Source: the human T2T-CHM13v2.0 reference genome, Homo sapiens
NCBI RefSeq assembly: GCF_009914755.1
Contig: NC_060945.1
Direction: 5' to 3' (one strand)
DNA: 64,000 nt
A program made the position numbers and the translations under genes. The notes beneath the pieces were generated by a model. The model made no database searches. It was not told the origin of the DNA and was given only the letters and a program-made list of their open reading frames with translations. Below, one piece after another: positions 34,033 to 49,810 of the stretch. The first letter of the stretch is position 1. Every line of letters starts with the position of its first letter.

Positions 34033-34853
34033 GTATACTCTGCTCTGGAAGAAGGATTGTTTCCTTCATACCCCACCTTTCTAGCATCTTTTCTAATGCC
34101 ACGCCTCTGTGGAAAATTTAAAGTTGCATGCTTGCATGACCTGATGATGGGGAATGTGATATTTCATCATGCATTGTTAGATGGCGGCTTCCAGAAATGC
34201 CTCTAGTGATGCTTTCCTCCACCTTGAGTTTTCGGGTCATTTAAACTCATTTTTTTTCTCCTCCCTCCCCATTCTAGCTTTCTTTTAGAATAAAATTCAC
34301 TGAGCTACAACAATTTCTAACAATAGCAAAGTGTGTTATTGTTAAAACTGCATGAGGAAACTTTTATTAGGAGCTGGCAGTTGGTTAGGTAATATGAAAA
34401 TATCACTGTTCCGTTTACAGCAACATTTGCTGAAGCGTAAGTTAGAAATGCTGGTTTCTCACTGGTGCTCCCACACTTCTGGCTAAATCAACAGACTTCA
34501 GCAGGAATGATAAATGGGACAGGTGAGGAGGAGCCTCTCTAAATAGTAAGGTCTGAGGTGAAACTGCCATACTTAGAGCCCTTCGTCATGGCTCCCCTCA
34601 GTGACCTCTTAACACACATTGAATTGCACCACTTTTGAACAAAAGACCTCATGTGGCGGGAGGTCACGGTGCTGAGGAAAGGAAGGCTTGGCTCTCTTCC
34701 ACTGGCATCCGCCATTGCTCTTAGTTTAATGTCATCTGTTAAAATCACATGCTTAAACAACATTACCATTTAAACCTTGGGTCTTTTGAGGACTCTCTCT
34801 CTCTCTCTTGCTATAATGCCCATGTAGGGATGATGCTTTAAAAAGTAATGATT

Positions 34854-34983
34854 GGCCGAGCATGGTGGCTCACGACTGTAATCCCAGTACTTTGGGAGGC
34901 CAAGGCAGGAGGATCCCTTGAGCCCAGGAGTTTTGAGACCACCCTGGGCAACACAGGCAGACCTCATCTCTATTTTAAAAAAA
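34854..34983 (+). mobile_element. Free left Alu monomer (FLAM-like)
   Basis: Single monomer with A tail and degenerate TSD AAAAAGTA..ATTG. Confidence 0.82.
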
Positions 34984-35385
34984 GTAGTAATTGAAAAGGG
35001 ACAGAATCATTCCAAAATAATGCAAAGTAAGGAGCTCTGTGAAATCTGATGTCACACAACCATTGCAGGCTTGGGGTTACTATGCCAGGTGACACATTTA
35101 ACCTGGAGTTTCCTAGACTGTTAGCCTCCAGTGGAGGATGTATTCCGTAGCAGGAAGAGGTGAAGGCTTGACTCTTCATAATCAGTTTTTCCAAACCTCT
35201 TCTCATGATCTGCCGTTGTACTGTGTCCTCACTCAGGGTCACCCTGAAAGACAGTGGTGAGAAGAAATCCTCCCAACAGGCAAATCAATCCACCCCAACA
35301 TAGAAATGACAACTGCCATTAACTATACTTCTCTGTCATAATAAGCATTTGCCTGTATTATCTCTGATCCTTAAGACAACCATGC

Positions 35386-35794
<409 letters not shown>

Positions 35795-37125
35795 TCAGGG
35801 CCCTAGGCTTGAAGTCTGAACTTTCTCTATTTTCGATGCTGCTTCTCTAAAAGGAAAAATGAAAGCCCTTTCTGTTTTTATACATTTCATAAATGCAAGA
35901 TTTCAAGGAATAGTCAGTGCTTTTCATGGCATCTTGAGTGGCTAGCTCTCAAGACACACGCGTGCAAACCCAAAATCCAGAGGGAAGGAAAATGTATAAT
36001 TTCCTTTCTTTTTTACTCATGCTGCATGTGAGCAGAACAAGTCCTGTTACAATCAACAGCCTCACAAAGAAAATTTCAGTATATAAAGCTTATTTATCTC
36101 AGGCAGTATTAATTTTGGACCAAATAAATGTACTGTTCCCCTGTCAACATTTTAACAGGAACTTAATTTATGTACAGAAAAGAGCCATGGAGAGGTGAAT
36201 CTCCATCTTTGGTTTGCCTGAATAACCTCTTTCTTGAAATACAGGATGTACAACTTGCAATTAATTTGTCACCATTCTTTGAACTCTCTTGGCCCTTGAC
36301 TAGGAGCTCACAGATGTTTTTCATCCATCAGTTTAGACTGGTTTGTTCCAGTGTCTTTCTCTTCTCTTTCAAATGACTCCAGAATGCCCACTTTCAAAAT
36401 CCATGGTTTTTAATAGGTAGCCTCAAAAAAGGATTATAATTTATTTTAAATTATTCCTACCCTCTAGCCCCACCAAAAGATGCTTATGAAAAAACTCCCC
36501 AAATTAAGTATTTTAATCTTATGGTCAGTGTGTCCTCATATCTCTAGAAAGGGCACCTACCTGGAGAACCTAGGGCAGGAGCTGAGGTTCAGTGTTTCTC
36601 AACCTTGCCTGATTAAAATCATCACCTGAGAACACTCATTGAAAACACGTGTTCTAAGGCCCCACTCCTATATATTCTGATTCAGGAGACCCATTATTGT
36701 TGTAAGAAGAAAAAGAAAACCTCCTCCTATGTTTTATGCATATCACAAATGCAAGATTTCAAAGAATAGTCAGGGCCCAGGACTCTCTATTTTTGCATAT
36801 ACATGAGGCTGAGTGCACAAAAAGATGCTTTGCAGATATTTGGGACACTCCCTTTAAATTCTTGAATAAGGAACATGTGGAGTGTCACACAGGAAAACAC
36901 TTGCCATCAAGCGAGCTGTGCATGCCTTTTGAATTCCAGTGCATGTGGCCTGCAGACCACACATTTAGGGGGAAACAAAGGAAAACCCCCTAGACTTTCA
37001 TAGTAAATGAGGGCACTAAGGTGGACTTTTTGGGAGTAATTCTACATTGTTGGATTTATTGTTGATGAATAAGCAGAGTCCATGAGAAAAGGAAACATCT
37101 TTGCTTGTGAATGTTGACATGTTCA

Positions 37126-37439
37126 TTTTTTTCTTTTCTTTTTTATTTTATTTTTATTTTTGAGACAGAGTCTCTCTCTGTCACCCAGGCTGGCATGCAG
37201 TGGTGCAATATTGGCTCACCGCGACCTCCGCCTCCCTGAGGTGATTCTTCTGCCTGAGCCTCCTGAGTAGCTGGGACTGCAGGCACCCGCCACCAGGCCT
37301 GGCTAATTTTTGTATTTTTAGTAGAGATGGGGTTTCACCTTGTTGGCCAGGCTGGTCTCGAACTCCTGACCTCAAGCAATCGGCCCGCCTCAGCCTCCCA
37401 AAGTGCTGGGATTACAGGCGTGAGCCACCACACCTGGCC
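37126..37439 (-). mobile_element. AluS
   Basis: TSD GACATGTTCATTT. Confidence 0.93.
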
Positions 37440-39318
37440 CGACATGTTCATTTCTGATAAGCCTAGCCTAGTGCTCATTTCATCCAGTCATTTCAGGACT
37501 ATATATTCCTGAGATGATTTAGTGTAGAGGTTAAGGATATGGCTTTACAGCCAGAGAGGCATGATTTCTAGACCTACCTCCAACACTATTTGTATGATCA
37601 TTCCACCTTGCTGAAATTCAGTTTCCTGTAAGATGCGTATAGTAGTAATTCACAGGGTTGTAATAAGAAGCCAATGACATCTTATAGGTAAAGTATTTAG
37701 CAGAGTGCTTGATACAAATTAAGCATTCAACTTACCCCTGAAATTATGATAATTGATTGTGGAGTATAAGGGAAATGTAAACCACTAAGCAGTTGTGTCT
37801 CACCTACATCTCACCTTGATGTCAAGGTAGATTTTATAGCATTACTGACCTGCAGTTATTTAGGGACTAGTTATGCAGTTAATAGATTGTTCATATCCTA
37901 TTTTACCTCTGGGCAATTAGCTGAATTTATTTGGTTTCGGTGTTTCCAGCAGTCTGCCAAAGGTGGGTGGGATGTGCAAAAGAGAACAGCATGACCTCCT
38001 ATGGGCTTTGTAAGGCAAGATGTTTGGAGAAAAGTCTGTGTCACCCAGAGCAGTTAGTAATTGCTTCTTGGAAGAGGTGATAGTCAAACTGGGCTTGAGG
38101 GCAGGTAGAGTATAGAGGAGCAGTACAGGACAGATGCCATTCCTGGGTACTAGATACAAAAAAGGGGCTACATATCTTGTAACCAGTTTTCTTTCTTTTC
38201 CCTCTAAACAGAAAGCAGGAGCAAAACTTAAGAGTCAGGAAGAACATGGTGTGTTCAGAAAAGACTAAAACTAGTCATTTGGAGCAAGACTAAGACTAGT
38301 CCACTGAGCTGTGGAAGAGTAACGTGTTGTCTACCGAGCCCTGCTTGAGTCAGCCATTGTTTTGGATACTTACATAGGGTACTGTTTAGATAGCAATAGA
38401 CTAGGGTTACCAAGTCAATCTTCAAAGTTCAGCAAGGGGTCTGGACTTGATCAAAAGCGATGAAGTGTCAAAAGTCCTTAGAAAAGGGAATAATATGATG
38501 AAAGTGGTAAAAATTTGGCGGAATAGTCTGGAATGTGGAGAGATGAGAGAATGGAAGAGGCATTTTATAATGGTACAAAGTGATGAGAGCCTGCATTAGA
38601 TAATGTAATGGGATGACTTAATTCAGGGTCCATTTTGAAAGAAGGGTTGAAAGGACTTGGTGACAGACTGGCCCTGGTAGATGAGGAGTTGGTCATTTTT
38701 CAGTGATAGCAGAATGAGCTGTAAGACTTTGAATAGAACATGGACCTCCAGAGGTCCTTAAATAAAGGAAACAAGGTTTTGGAGAACACAAATATATATA
38801 TATTCCTTGACAATGCAATCTCCATTTTCAGCCTATCATCAGAGTGCTTTTTAAAGTAAACTTAGCTAATGGTAATTCCCAGAGGCAGTGATGCCTGTCT
38901 TTAATGAGCTAATGATATTAATGATAATCAGTATTATTTCTAAACTGGAAATTTCAAAGAGTCGAAACTTCCTAAACTGGAAACTTCATGGAGTTAATTT
39001 TCTTAATAGAAAAAGTGCAGAAGAAAAATATGAATCCCACCTCTTGGGTTATTCAAGAATCACTGGCCCTTCTCCAGCTAGAGGGAATTTAGAGTTGGAC
39101 AGACATTAGGATTTCATGTCAATTATATGAGACTTTTCTTCATCTTCAGCTAAGCTAAAAACTGGCATGCTCCTTGTAAATTTAGACCTTGGCTTTGGAA
39201 TTCTTTCTGTCTTTTGCATTTTTTAGAATAGTTTTTTGTTTCGCTTAGAAAGAGTCAAGAATACTAGTATCAGCTCAAGCTGGTAGCTTTTAATATTTTG
39301 TTTTTAAAAATTCTTTCT

Positions 39319-39590
39319 GGCCAGGCACGGTGGCTCATACCTATAATCCCAGCACTCTGGGAAGCTGAGCCAGGAGGATCACTTGAGGCCAGGCAAGACC
39401 AGCCTGGGCAACATAATGAGACCTATCTCTATAAAAAAAATCAAAAAATAAGCCAGGTGTGGTGGTGCATGTCTGCAGTCCCAATTCCTGGGGCACTTGC
39501 TTGAGTCCAGAGGATCAAGGCTGCAGTGAGCCATGATTACACCACTGCACTCCAGCCTGGGTGACAGAGCAAAACCCTATCTCAAAAAAG
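39319..39590 (+). mobile_element. AluJ with internal deletions
   Basis: TSD AAATTCTTTC. Confidence 0.88.
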
Positions 39591-39903
39591 AAATTCTTTC
39601 AAGCTGTTAGAAATTTTTTATATCTGGATATGAATTAATCGTATGACACTTAGTTTTTGTGTTTTTTTTGGTACTCCGGAACCCATACCATTGGTGTCAC
39701 TTTTAAATAATACAATTTTCTCCTCAAATATCAGGATGTTTTGTGTGGTAGGGAGAATTACATGGAGTAGTTGCAATAGCTACCTTTGAATCCAATGCAA
39801 CAAGTTGGGTGTTATGTGAGATCTTTTTGTGTGTACTTCTAAAACTGGCTCTCAGCAAAATTGTGGTGCAGGTGAAGTGTCTTCTTATTTATCATTATTT
39901 TTT

Positions 39904-40003
39904 AAGGCTAGTCAAGTGAAGCACTGGGAGAAGAGAAGGAACAAAGAAATCTGTAGCTGGTTGTGATTAAGTAGTTGTAAACACCATTATACTCGGACCA
40001 GCC
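39904..40003 (-). pseudogene. Y3 RNA (RNY3) retropseudogene
   Basis: Reverse complement GGCTGGTCCGAGTATAATGGTGTTTACAACT...CACTTGACTAGCCTT matches hY3 end to end; degenerate A tail 39884-39903; TSD AAGTGTCTT at 39875-39883 and 40007-40015. Confidence 0.95.
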
Positions 40004-40177
40004 ACAAAGTGTCTTTTGTCACTGTCCTCTTCCTTCAACCTTTTCTACCTTCAGTATTATTCCCCTTGTCCTCCTCAGGATCCGAAGTAATCTTCGGATC
40101 TAGTAATCTCTTCTCTCCACACTTTTAATCATTGTTCTCTGGAATAACTGCAAAACCTCATCTGCACTAAGCTATAA

Positions 40178-40503
<326 letters not shown>

Positions 40504-41399
40504 CCATCTCTGGCTTTTTTTTTTTTTTTTTTTTTTTTGGCATATTCACAGGGAACTCTGTAGGAAGTCAAGGGATAAAGTTCCCACTGGGATTTTAGAA
40601 ACCAGGAACCAGGTATTTGCAGGAAACTGAGGCTCAGATAGTCATTATGAACTCTCTCGAATCACCTTCTGTCCCAACATGAGCTTACATTTAAAGCCGC
40701 CTCAGCATGCAGTGACAACATTCAGTCACAAGTGCCTTAAGGGCATGGTGGAAGGTGGGTGTCTCCTGTATTTACATTTCTGATGGAGCACAGAGTTGAG
40801 AACTATAGTAGAAACTGAATTATCAAATACTTATAAAATCAGTAATACACTATCTGTAACAACTTGGGGTTCATTATCCTGGTGTCAGATGAAGAGTCTG
40901 AGATACTATGGGATTTATTGGTTGGAATGTATTACTTAAAGTTGTGAAGAAAGGCCAGAAAGAAGGTGAGTGTTCATTGAGTACTAAGGAGTAGTGCTTT
41001 TACTGGCATCTTCTCATCAATTTAATATTGGCTGCAACCCCACAGGAAGGTGCTATTCCATTCATTTTCACAAAAATGGAAATAAATGTTTGCTAAGTGA
41101 GGCGAAGTGACTTGCTTCAAATCATGCAACTAATACATAGAAGGAGGGTTCAAAGCCCGGTCCTCAGGACTGTTACTTCATTGCCCATTTAGAGGCAGAG
41201 TTCATGTTATGAGAGAAAGCTCAAAGCTTCTTGACAACAAATAGCTTCCCGACAACAAATAGCTTCCCAAAGGCCATGGGGTTGATGGAGGAAGGTTACT
41301 TCTGGTATGTTGTGGTAGGAAAGAAGAAAAGAAGGGGTAAATTTTATTTGGTGGTGTGCTGAAGGATAAATATACTTCCAATAGGCTCTTGTTTGCTCA

Positions 41400-41693
<294 letters not shown>

Positions 41694-41851
41694 CCAATAA
41701 GTTCTTCTTGAGGCAGGTGTTTTTTGGACAGTGAGTATGTTATAACCTAAGTCAGTCAAAATATTCTAACAACAGGATAAATAGACACTCACAAAATGAT
41801 AGCTACAATAATAGTGAATAGGTGTTTCCAAGAAACATAAAATTTGTCCTT

Positions 41852-42222
<371 letters not shown>

Positions 42223-42688
42223 TTAGCCTGACAATTTTAGGTACTGGTTAAGATAACATCATGTTTATTAATTTACAAAGTATTGAAAACCTGCTTTGTC
42301 ATCCCAAATCTCTATCTTTATCCATATCTGTGTTAATATCCACATCCATCTCTATAGCTATACTTGTAATCTTATGGGCCCTGAAAATCCAATGTATATT
42401 AAATAATTCACATCTCTAGTGTTTAATAAGCAGGAAGCAAAGTTTTAAAAAGCTTTTGTTGTGTCTTAAAACTATGTTATACTCTAACAAGGACTTGGGT
42501 ATCTAGCAATTAATTTTTTTTGATATATTGGGAATGTGCATTGGCTACTTTTTATCACATATTTTATTCCTAAAAATAAAATATTAATTTAAATTTAGAT
42601 TTAAAATGACAGTACTCAAAGACCTTTTATGCGTAAGTTAATTTTTTTTTTTTTTACTATCTTTCATATAAAAAGTGTTTGGAAGTAA

Positions 42689-42982
<294 letters not shown>

Positions 42983-43720
42983 CAGAAGATTCTTAAATTC
43001 AGATTTAAATGAAGAGAGTAAATCCACAAGACCTGAGGTTATGGCTGCATCAGGGAAATCTCCCTTAAGTGGCAGAGGCAGAACTCAGTAATTAGAGTCA
43101 TTGACCTTAACCCTGTGTTTTGCCTTTGTATTATTCAGATGATGAAGAATAATTCCCCACCTCAGAAGTTTAGCTTGATAGAATAGACATGGGTTAGAGG
43201 AAAAAGTGCCACTACTCACATATATACACACACAGCTCCCCTGTCTCCACATTACTCCTTTGGTTGGCTTTATAGTGAAAAAGAATGAAAAATGAACTTA
43301 ATTATATTAAGCATTCATTGTTATTACTGGTTATTTCCTAGGTGCTGGGCTTTAGGCCAGTGATTGACATATACATTGCTTTATCAATACAAATTTTCAG
43401 AGACAGGTAATACCCTTCCCATTTTGCAGAGGAGGAAACTGAGTCTCAAGAAGATTATGCCAGTTGTTCACATTCACCAATTAAAAAGTGGCCAACCCGA
43501 GATTCAAATGCAAGTCTGTGTCCTACTGAACGTTGTACTGACCCGCTGTGTTCTTAGTGGTTAGGAGCCTTCATAGGCAAACAGTTCCTAGGAAAGTTTC
43601 TGTATGAGCCTCAACACTTAAGCCACTACTCAGATTCACTTGCCTTGTAAGTGTCAGTTTGTCCCTGGTGACCTGCAGGACAATTTACAGGACACCAGCA
43701 CTCAGAGGTCATACTGCAGG

Positions 43721-44344
<624 letters not shown>

Positions 44345-44471
44345 CAACCTAAACACTTTTTAACAAGGATTTAGGGCGTCTCAACTTACATCCCAGTTAT
44401 GTCTACGATGGGGAGCACAGTGGGAGGGGGAGATGATTGATTGTAAAACCCAGTGAAGATGCTGTTTAGAA

Positions 44472-45142
44472 CAGTGGTTCTCAAAACCTGGTCTGGCTTT
44501 GATGAAGTTTTCACCCCTCTGATATAAAGAAAGAAAGAAGGGTACGACAGTGAGGTGTTTTGGGTATATGCTTATTTTTATCTGTAAAGCTAAATGTATG
44601 TAATATAATGGCCACTCCTTTACTCTATGATTGCCTTATGATTTTGGTGTTGAAATGTTCTCTCTGTCCTAAAGGGATACTAATGATATCCGGTGGTCAT
44701 TTTTGAATCATCTTCACTAGCTAAATAAAAAGTTGGATGCTCTTAAGACATAATTCCCCATATTTTAGGGAATTTTTTTTTTTTTTTGAGACGGAGTCTA
44801 GCTCTGTTGCCCAGGCTGGAGTGCAAGCAGGGGCTTGATCTTGGCTCACTGCAACCTCCAGTTCTCACTGCAGCCTCCTGGGTTCAAGCGATTCTTCTGT
44901 CTCAGCCTCCCGAGTAGCAGGGACAACAGGCATGTGCCACCAAGCCAGGCTGATTTTTGTATTTTTAGTGGAGACAGGTTTTCACCATGTTGGCCAGGCT
45001 GGTCTCGAACTCCTGACCTCAAGTGATCCTCCTGCCTGGGCCTCCCAAAGTGCTAGGATTACAAGTATGAGTCACTGTGCCCAGCCAGAATATTTTGGGG
45101 AAAATTTTACTGGTTCATGTAATACGAGTCTGAGAACCTATG
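44472..45142. mobile_element. hAT-Charlie-type DNA element interrupted by an antisense Alu (44773-45087)
   Basis: TIR-like CAGTGGTTCTCAAA and TCTGAGAACCTATG; the Alu is unambiguous, the host family is not. Confidence 0.6.
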
Positions 45143-47777
45143 GACTAGTAAGTGAAGAAGAGCGGAGTGGTATGGTGGAAAGAGCCCAGGGCTGGGGGAC
45201 ACCCCTTAGTCTTACATGGCCACGAATCGTGGAGTCTTGGGTGGCTTCTTTCCCTTTTTGGGGTCCTTGTCTTTAGCTCTACTCTGAGGGGGCTGGACCA
45301 GATGGTTGCCTAGTCCTTTCCAGCTTCAATATTCTCTGTTAACTGATTGCTAGCTATCATTGCTAAATAACAGGGAGGATTTGGATTACAGACCCAATGT
45401 GTCCTATTTATTCAAGTTATGGAGAAATACAGAGAAGACAATTGAAGGGAATCTACAAACAAAATAATCCTGAAACCAACCCAACAGCTGCTCAATAGAT
45501 GTTGAAAAGAGCCCATCATCAAATGTACTATGGTACATCATAATGGTTGGGCTGTCAGTAAGAAAGTTCTAGCTTAAGGACGTTGGCTTAGTCACATTGT
45601 ATTTGCCAAACAGGCAGTGAACATCTGTTTATATAAAAAATTTTCCTCTTCTTTCCTTTATATTTCATCCTTTAAAAAATTTCTTAGGATACATTTTGCT
45701 TGGTCTAGTAAGTCTACAGTGCCATTTTGAAGAAGAAGCCTTCAAATTACTTCCTTAATGCATTAAAAATATGATAAAGTGATTTGCCAATTTGCGTAAG
45801 TCTGAGTCCCTGTCTTGCACAATAAATAATTGGTAAATAGATTTTAATAAAAATGTACTTGTGCTGTGATTTTGTCCCATTATAAACATATCAAGCAACT
45901 ATTTTTTTTTTCAAAAAAGCTAAATTTGCTAGAGGGTCTCTTGTACAGCTACTGTACAGTCTACTTTATGCTTCTGGAATTGTCAAAACAAACTTAACTG
46001 CTGTCAGGAACTCCGATCCGGTATCACTGTCAAAATGTTTTACAACGATTCAGCCAAATGTTTTTGGAACAGCTGTGCTACTAGTCAGCCTGAGTCATTT
46101 TCCTTCTTTCCTTTTGGCCCAATCCAGTGATTCATCATCCTGCTTTTAGAATATTTGCCTATTTTTAAAACCAGTCAAAGAAGGCAGCCACTGTTTAAAA
46201 GTAAACACACCACACATCAACTTGGGGCAGCTTTGTAAGCAGCTTCGCAAGCCCTGAAACTTCTGGCTGGTAGGGATGCCAGCTAAACCAGATGGCATCA
46301 AACAGTGAAATACAGGCCTGGCTTTCAGACTTGGTAGGCTTCATACATCTGTCTTTGGTTTTCTTGTTTCCGCTGCTATTTCCTGCTTGGGTTAATCCAA
46401 CTTGATCCATTCTTTAACAAAGGTCTTACTTTTTATTTTGCTTGACTCTCTAAAACATCTATTGTATGTTGATTTCTACGTTAATCAATTAGACTTTTAT
46501 TTCAACTCAAGGAGTCCAATTTGAAGCTACTTTATCTGTAAGTTTATCAGTATGGTCACATATGTGTGAGGTGACATGGCGTGACTATAAATAAGGACGT
46601 CGATTTCCACAACGGGCCTCATTAAGTCTGTTGATACCAGGTGTTTGCTATTTACATTACTGTAGTAAAGTAAATGGATAACTTTTTTTTTTTTAATAAT
46701 TAAGCAGGAAGGAGTGTGACTTCACAGGGGGCAAGGTGGATTAAGTCTCAGGAAGCCTTAAGATTCATTCCTGGCTGTCTTCTAGAATTCTAGAATGTCT
46801 CAGCTGCTCTCATACTTTACAGAGTGGTTTCTCCTTCCAACAAGTGCCTGCTTGTCTATGATTATTAGGGTTGGGATGCACAAGTACAGTGTGTTCCCAT
46901 TTACCTTTGCCAAATCATTCTGGCCTTGGACCCAATGAGCTAAAATGGTCGTGATGTCTAGGTTATTAAACTTGTACTGCAGTGAATGTAAACGCACTTA
47001 AGAACAAAATCAGTTTCACAAAGCATAGGTTTTATAATGAAGCCTACCTCTAAAGGTTCAGTGGTGACAAGTGTATTATTTTTGCCTTTTGTCCAATTCT
47101 TTGCAAACATTGGGGTGGATTTAACAAGGCACAGTAATTGGCAGAATTTGTCACTTCTGGTCTAAGTAGAGCATTCAAAGGGCCTTGGGACTGAATCTCA
47201 GTTCCTCTGAAGACTGTCCTCTAACCTGCAGCAAGGGGCTTGGGAAATTTCTCAGTTTTTACTTGTTCTGTGAGCTAAAGTTAAGTGATATCACTGAATC
47301 TGAGGACACCCATTGTCTAGCATAGGAGCAGATACAAAACAGATTCAAATTTGGTGATGCATTGTCATTATTTTAAACTACTTTTAAATGGAAGTATTGT
47401 TATACTACTCTTGACTAAAATATACCAGAGACTATTAAGTGATATGACCCTTGAGGGGTTTGGTCAAAGTGAATACCATGCTTGTTTAAATTATCTTTTT
47501 GGTGATTATCTTCGATGCTTTCAATGCCTTAGATGCCAGAAATGCCTTGTGTACTGCATTTTATTCTGGACTGTACTATCAGCACATTGGGAGAGGATAC
47601 TTGTTTCCACATTGTATGTGGCCCATGTCACTTCCTCTAGTTCAAAAAGAACACCAACAAGTTTTTATCAAGAAATTTGGTGATGACTATGAAAACATAA
47701 AAACTGTTATCTTTTCTTGCTTTATTATAATTTAAAATAGCTTTGGTTTTTAAATTATTTTTTCACCTTATATTTTG

Positions 47778-48930
47778 CATACATACTGTATATGCATAGT
47801 ATGTGTACTGTATATGCATATGTGTACTGTAAATGTATATATGTATAGGTACTATATATGTATATGTACTGTATATGTATGTGTACTATATGTATAAGTG
47901 TACTGCATATGTAGTATATGCACTGTATCTGTACTGTATACATATATGCACTGTATATGTATCTGCACTGTGTATGTGTACTGTATGTATGTACTGTATA
48001 TGCATATGTACTGTACTGCATATATATGTATACAGTATATGTATATGTACTGCATATGTATCTGTATTGTATCTGTATGTGTACTGTACATATCTTATTG
48101 TATCTGTACTGTATACATGTGTACTGTATATGCATCTGTACTGTATCTCTATTATATATGTATATGTGTACTGTATCTGTATTGTATATGTATGTGTACT
48201 GTGTATGTATCTGTACTGTATGTATATGTGTACTGTATATGTATCTGTACTATACCTGTACTGTATGTGTGTACTGTATATGTATCTGTACTGTCTCTAT
48301 TGTATATGTATGTGTATGTGTACTGTATGTGTATTTGTATTGTATATGTATGTGTACTGTGTATGTATGTATCTGTGCTGTATCTATATGTGTACTGTAT
48401 ATATCTAACTGTATCTGTACTGTATATGTGTACTGTATAAACCTAACTGTATCTGTACTGTATATATGTGTACTGTATATCTGTACTGTATCTCTATTAT
48501 ATGTATGTGTATGTGTACTGTATCTGTATTGTATATGTATGTGTACTGTGTATGTATCTGTACTGTATCTCTATTATATATTATATATGTTTGTGTATGT
48601 GCATGTGTACTGTATGTGTATTGCATATGTATATGTACTGTATATGTATCTGTACTATACCTGTACTGTATGTATATGTGTACTGTATATGTATCTGTGC
48701 TATATCTCTATTATATATGTATGTGTAGGTATACTGTATGTGTGTCTGTATTTTATATGTATGTACTGTATATGTATCTGTACTGTACCTGTACTGTATG
48801 TATATGTGTACTGTATATATACCTGTACTGTATCTCTATTATATATGTATGTGTAGGTATACTGTATGTGTACTGTATATGTATCTGTACTGTACCTTTA
48901 CTGTACATATATGTGTACTGTGTATGTACT
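47778..48930. repeat. Degenerate tandem repeat, core TGTACTGTATATGTA(TC/TG), about 1.15 kb
   Basis: Directly visible; source of the many Cys/Tyr/Met/Val/Ile ORFs. Confidence 0.97.
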
Positions 48931-49810
48931 AGGGTAGGGATTGGAAATGAGTGGCCAATGGACCTTAGAGCCAGAGAGTACCTGGAGATAATGGAAGTTC
49001 TGCTTTCTAGCACCAAGGCTCGGTCAGCACTATGTTCTTGAAGAGATTGGGGGTGACTTGGATATTTTGACCCATATTTTGGTCAGGTTTCCTCAAATGC
49101 TTCTTAGAACTGCATCTTGCCATCCAGCAACAGCTGCCTATTGCCAACCAGTCAACGTAAGCATGAGTTAGGAGGTCTTTCGGGACTCTCTGGGCTCTGG
49201 CGCTCCCCAACAAAGCTGTGAATTCTGCTGCAGGGTAGGAGTGCTGCCTGGTGTATTGGAAAGAAACGCCCCATTTGGGTTGCTGCCTGCTTCTCACTGT
49301 AACCCAGAATGAGTTTCTGGTTAACTGCCTGTTAGTGTGGTTTGTGGTAGGAGCAGACAGCAATACCATCACAGCTTGTGGCACTTGGAGTCATTCAGAG
49401 CAGAACGAATGCTTCTACTTTTCACTAACATGTTCTCCTGTCCCATTAAAGTCCTTCTGGCCACCTCATTAGCACCTTGTTAAAGCATTTTGTTTCATAT
49501 CATATTTTTTGGTTTTGGCCAATGTAAGAGTATTGAAAGACAAGCAGTCCTTCTTAATTGGAGAGCTGCCAGCCTGGACATTTGAGGATTCTGATATTTG
49601 CTTGCAAAATTTTGTTCAGGCGACCTAAGCTCTCCACGCATCTGTGTGTACAGAAAATGAGCAAAATTGTCCTTTACATTCTGTCTGTCCCCAACTGAAG
49701 TGATGAAATGACTGAAACAGTGTATACTGATGGTCTAACTCTGGGGGAGTCCAAGGACTCCTACAAGAAAGAGCTCCATAGTGAAGAATCATTTTATTTC
49801 CTTGTTTTAG

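Noticed and set aside
33912-34121. 69-aa unspliced ORF, and the similar 67-aa ORF at 49708-49911
   Set aside because: True exons with intronic extensions; homology stops at the splice sites
41232-41268. Short tandem duplications (GACAACAAATAGCTTCCC twice; similar ones at 26780-26823, 20810-20866 and 57193-57237)
   Set aside because: Ordinary slippage products with no functional hint
47778-48930. CRISPR-like array
   Set aside because: No constant repeat with unique spacers, no cas genes, and the DNA is primate
47755-49041. Overlapping long ORFs (up to 312 aa) rich in Cys, Tyr, Met, Val and Ile
   Set aside because: They are open in most frames on both strands because the repeat rarely forms stops; no sign of a real protein
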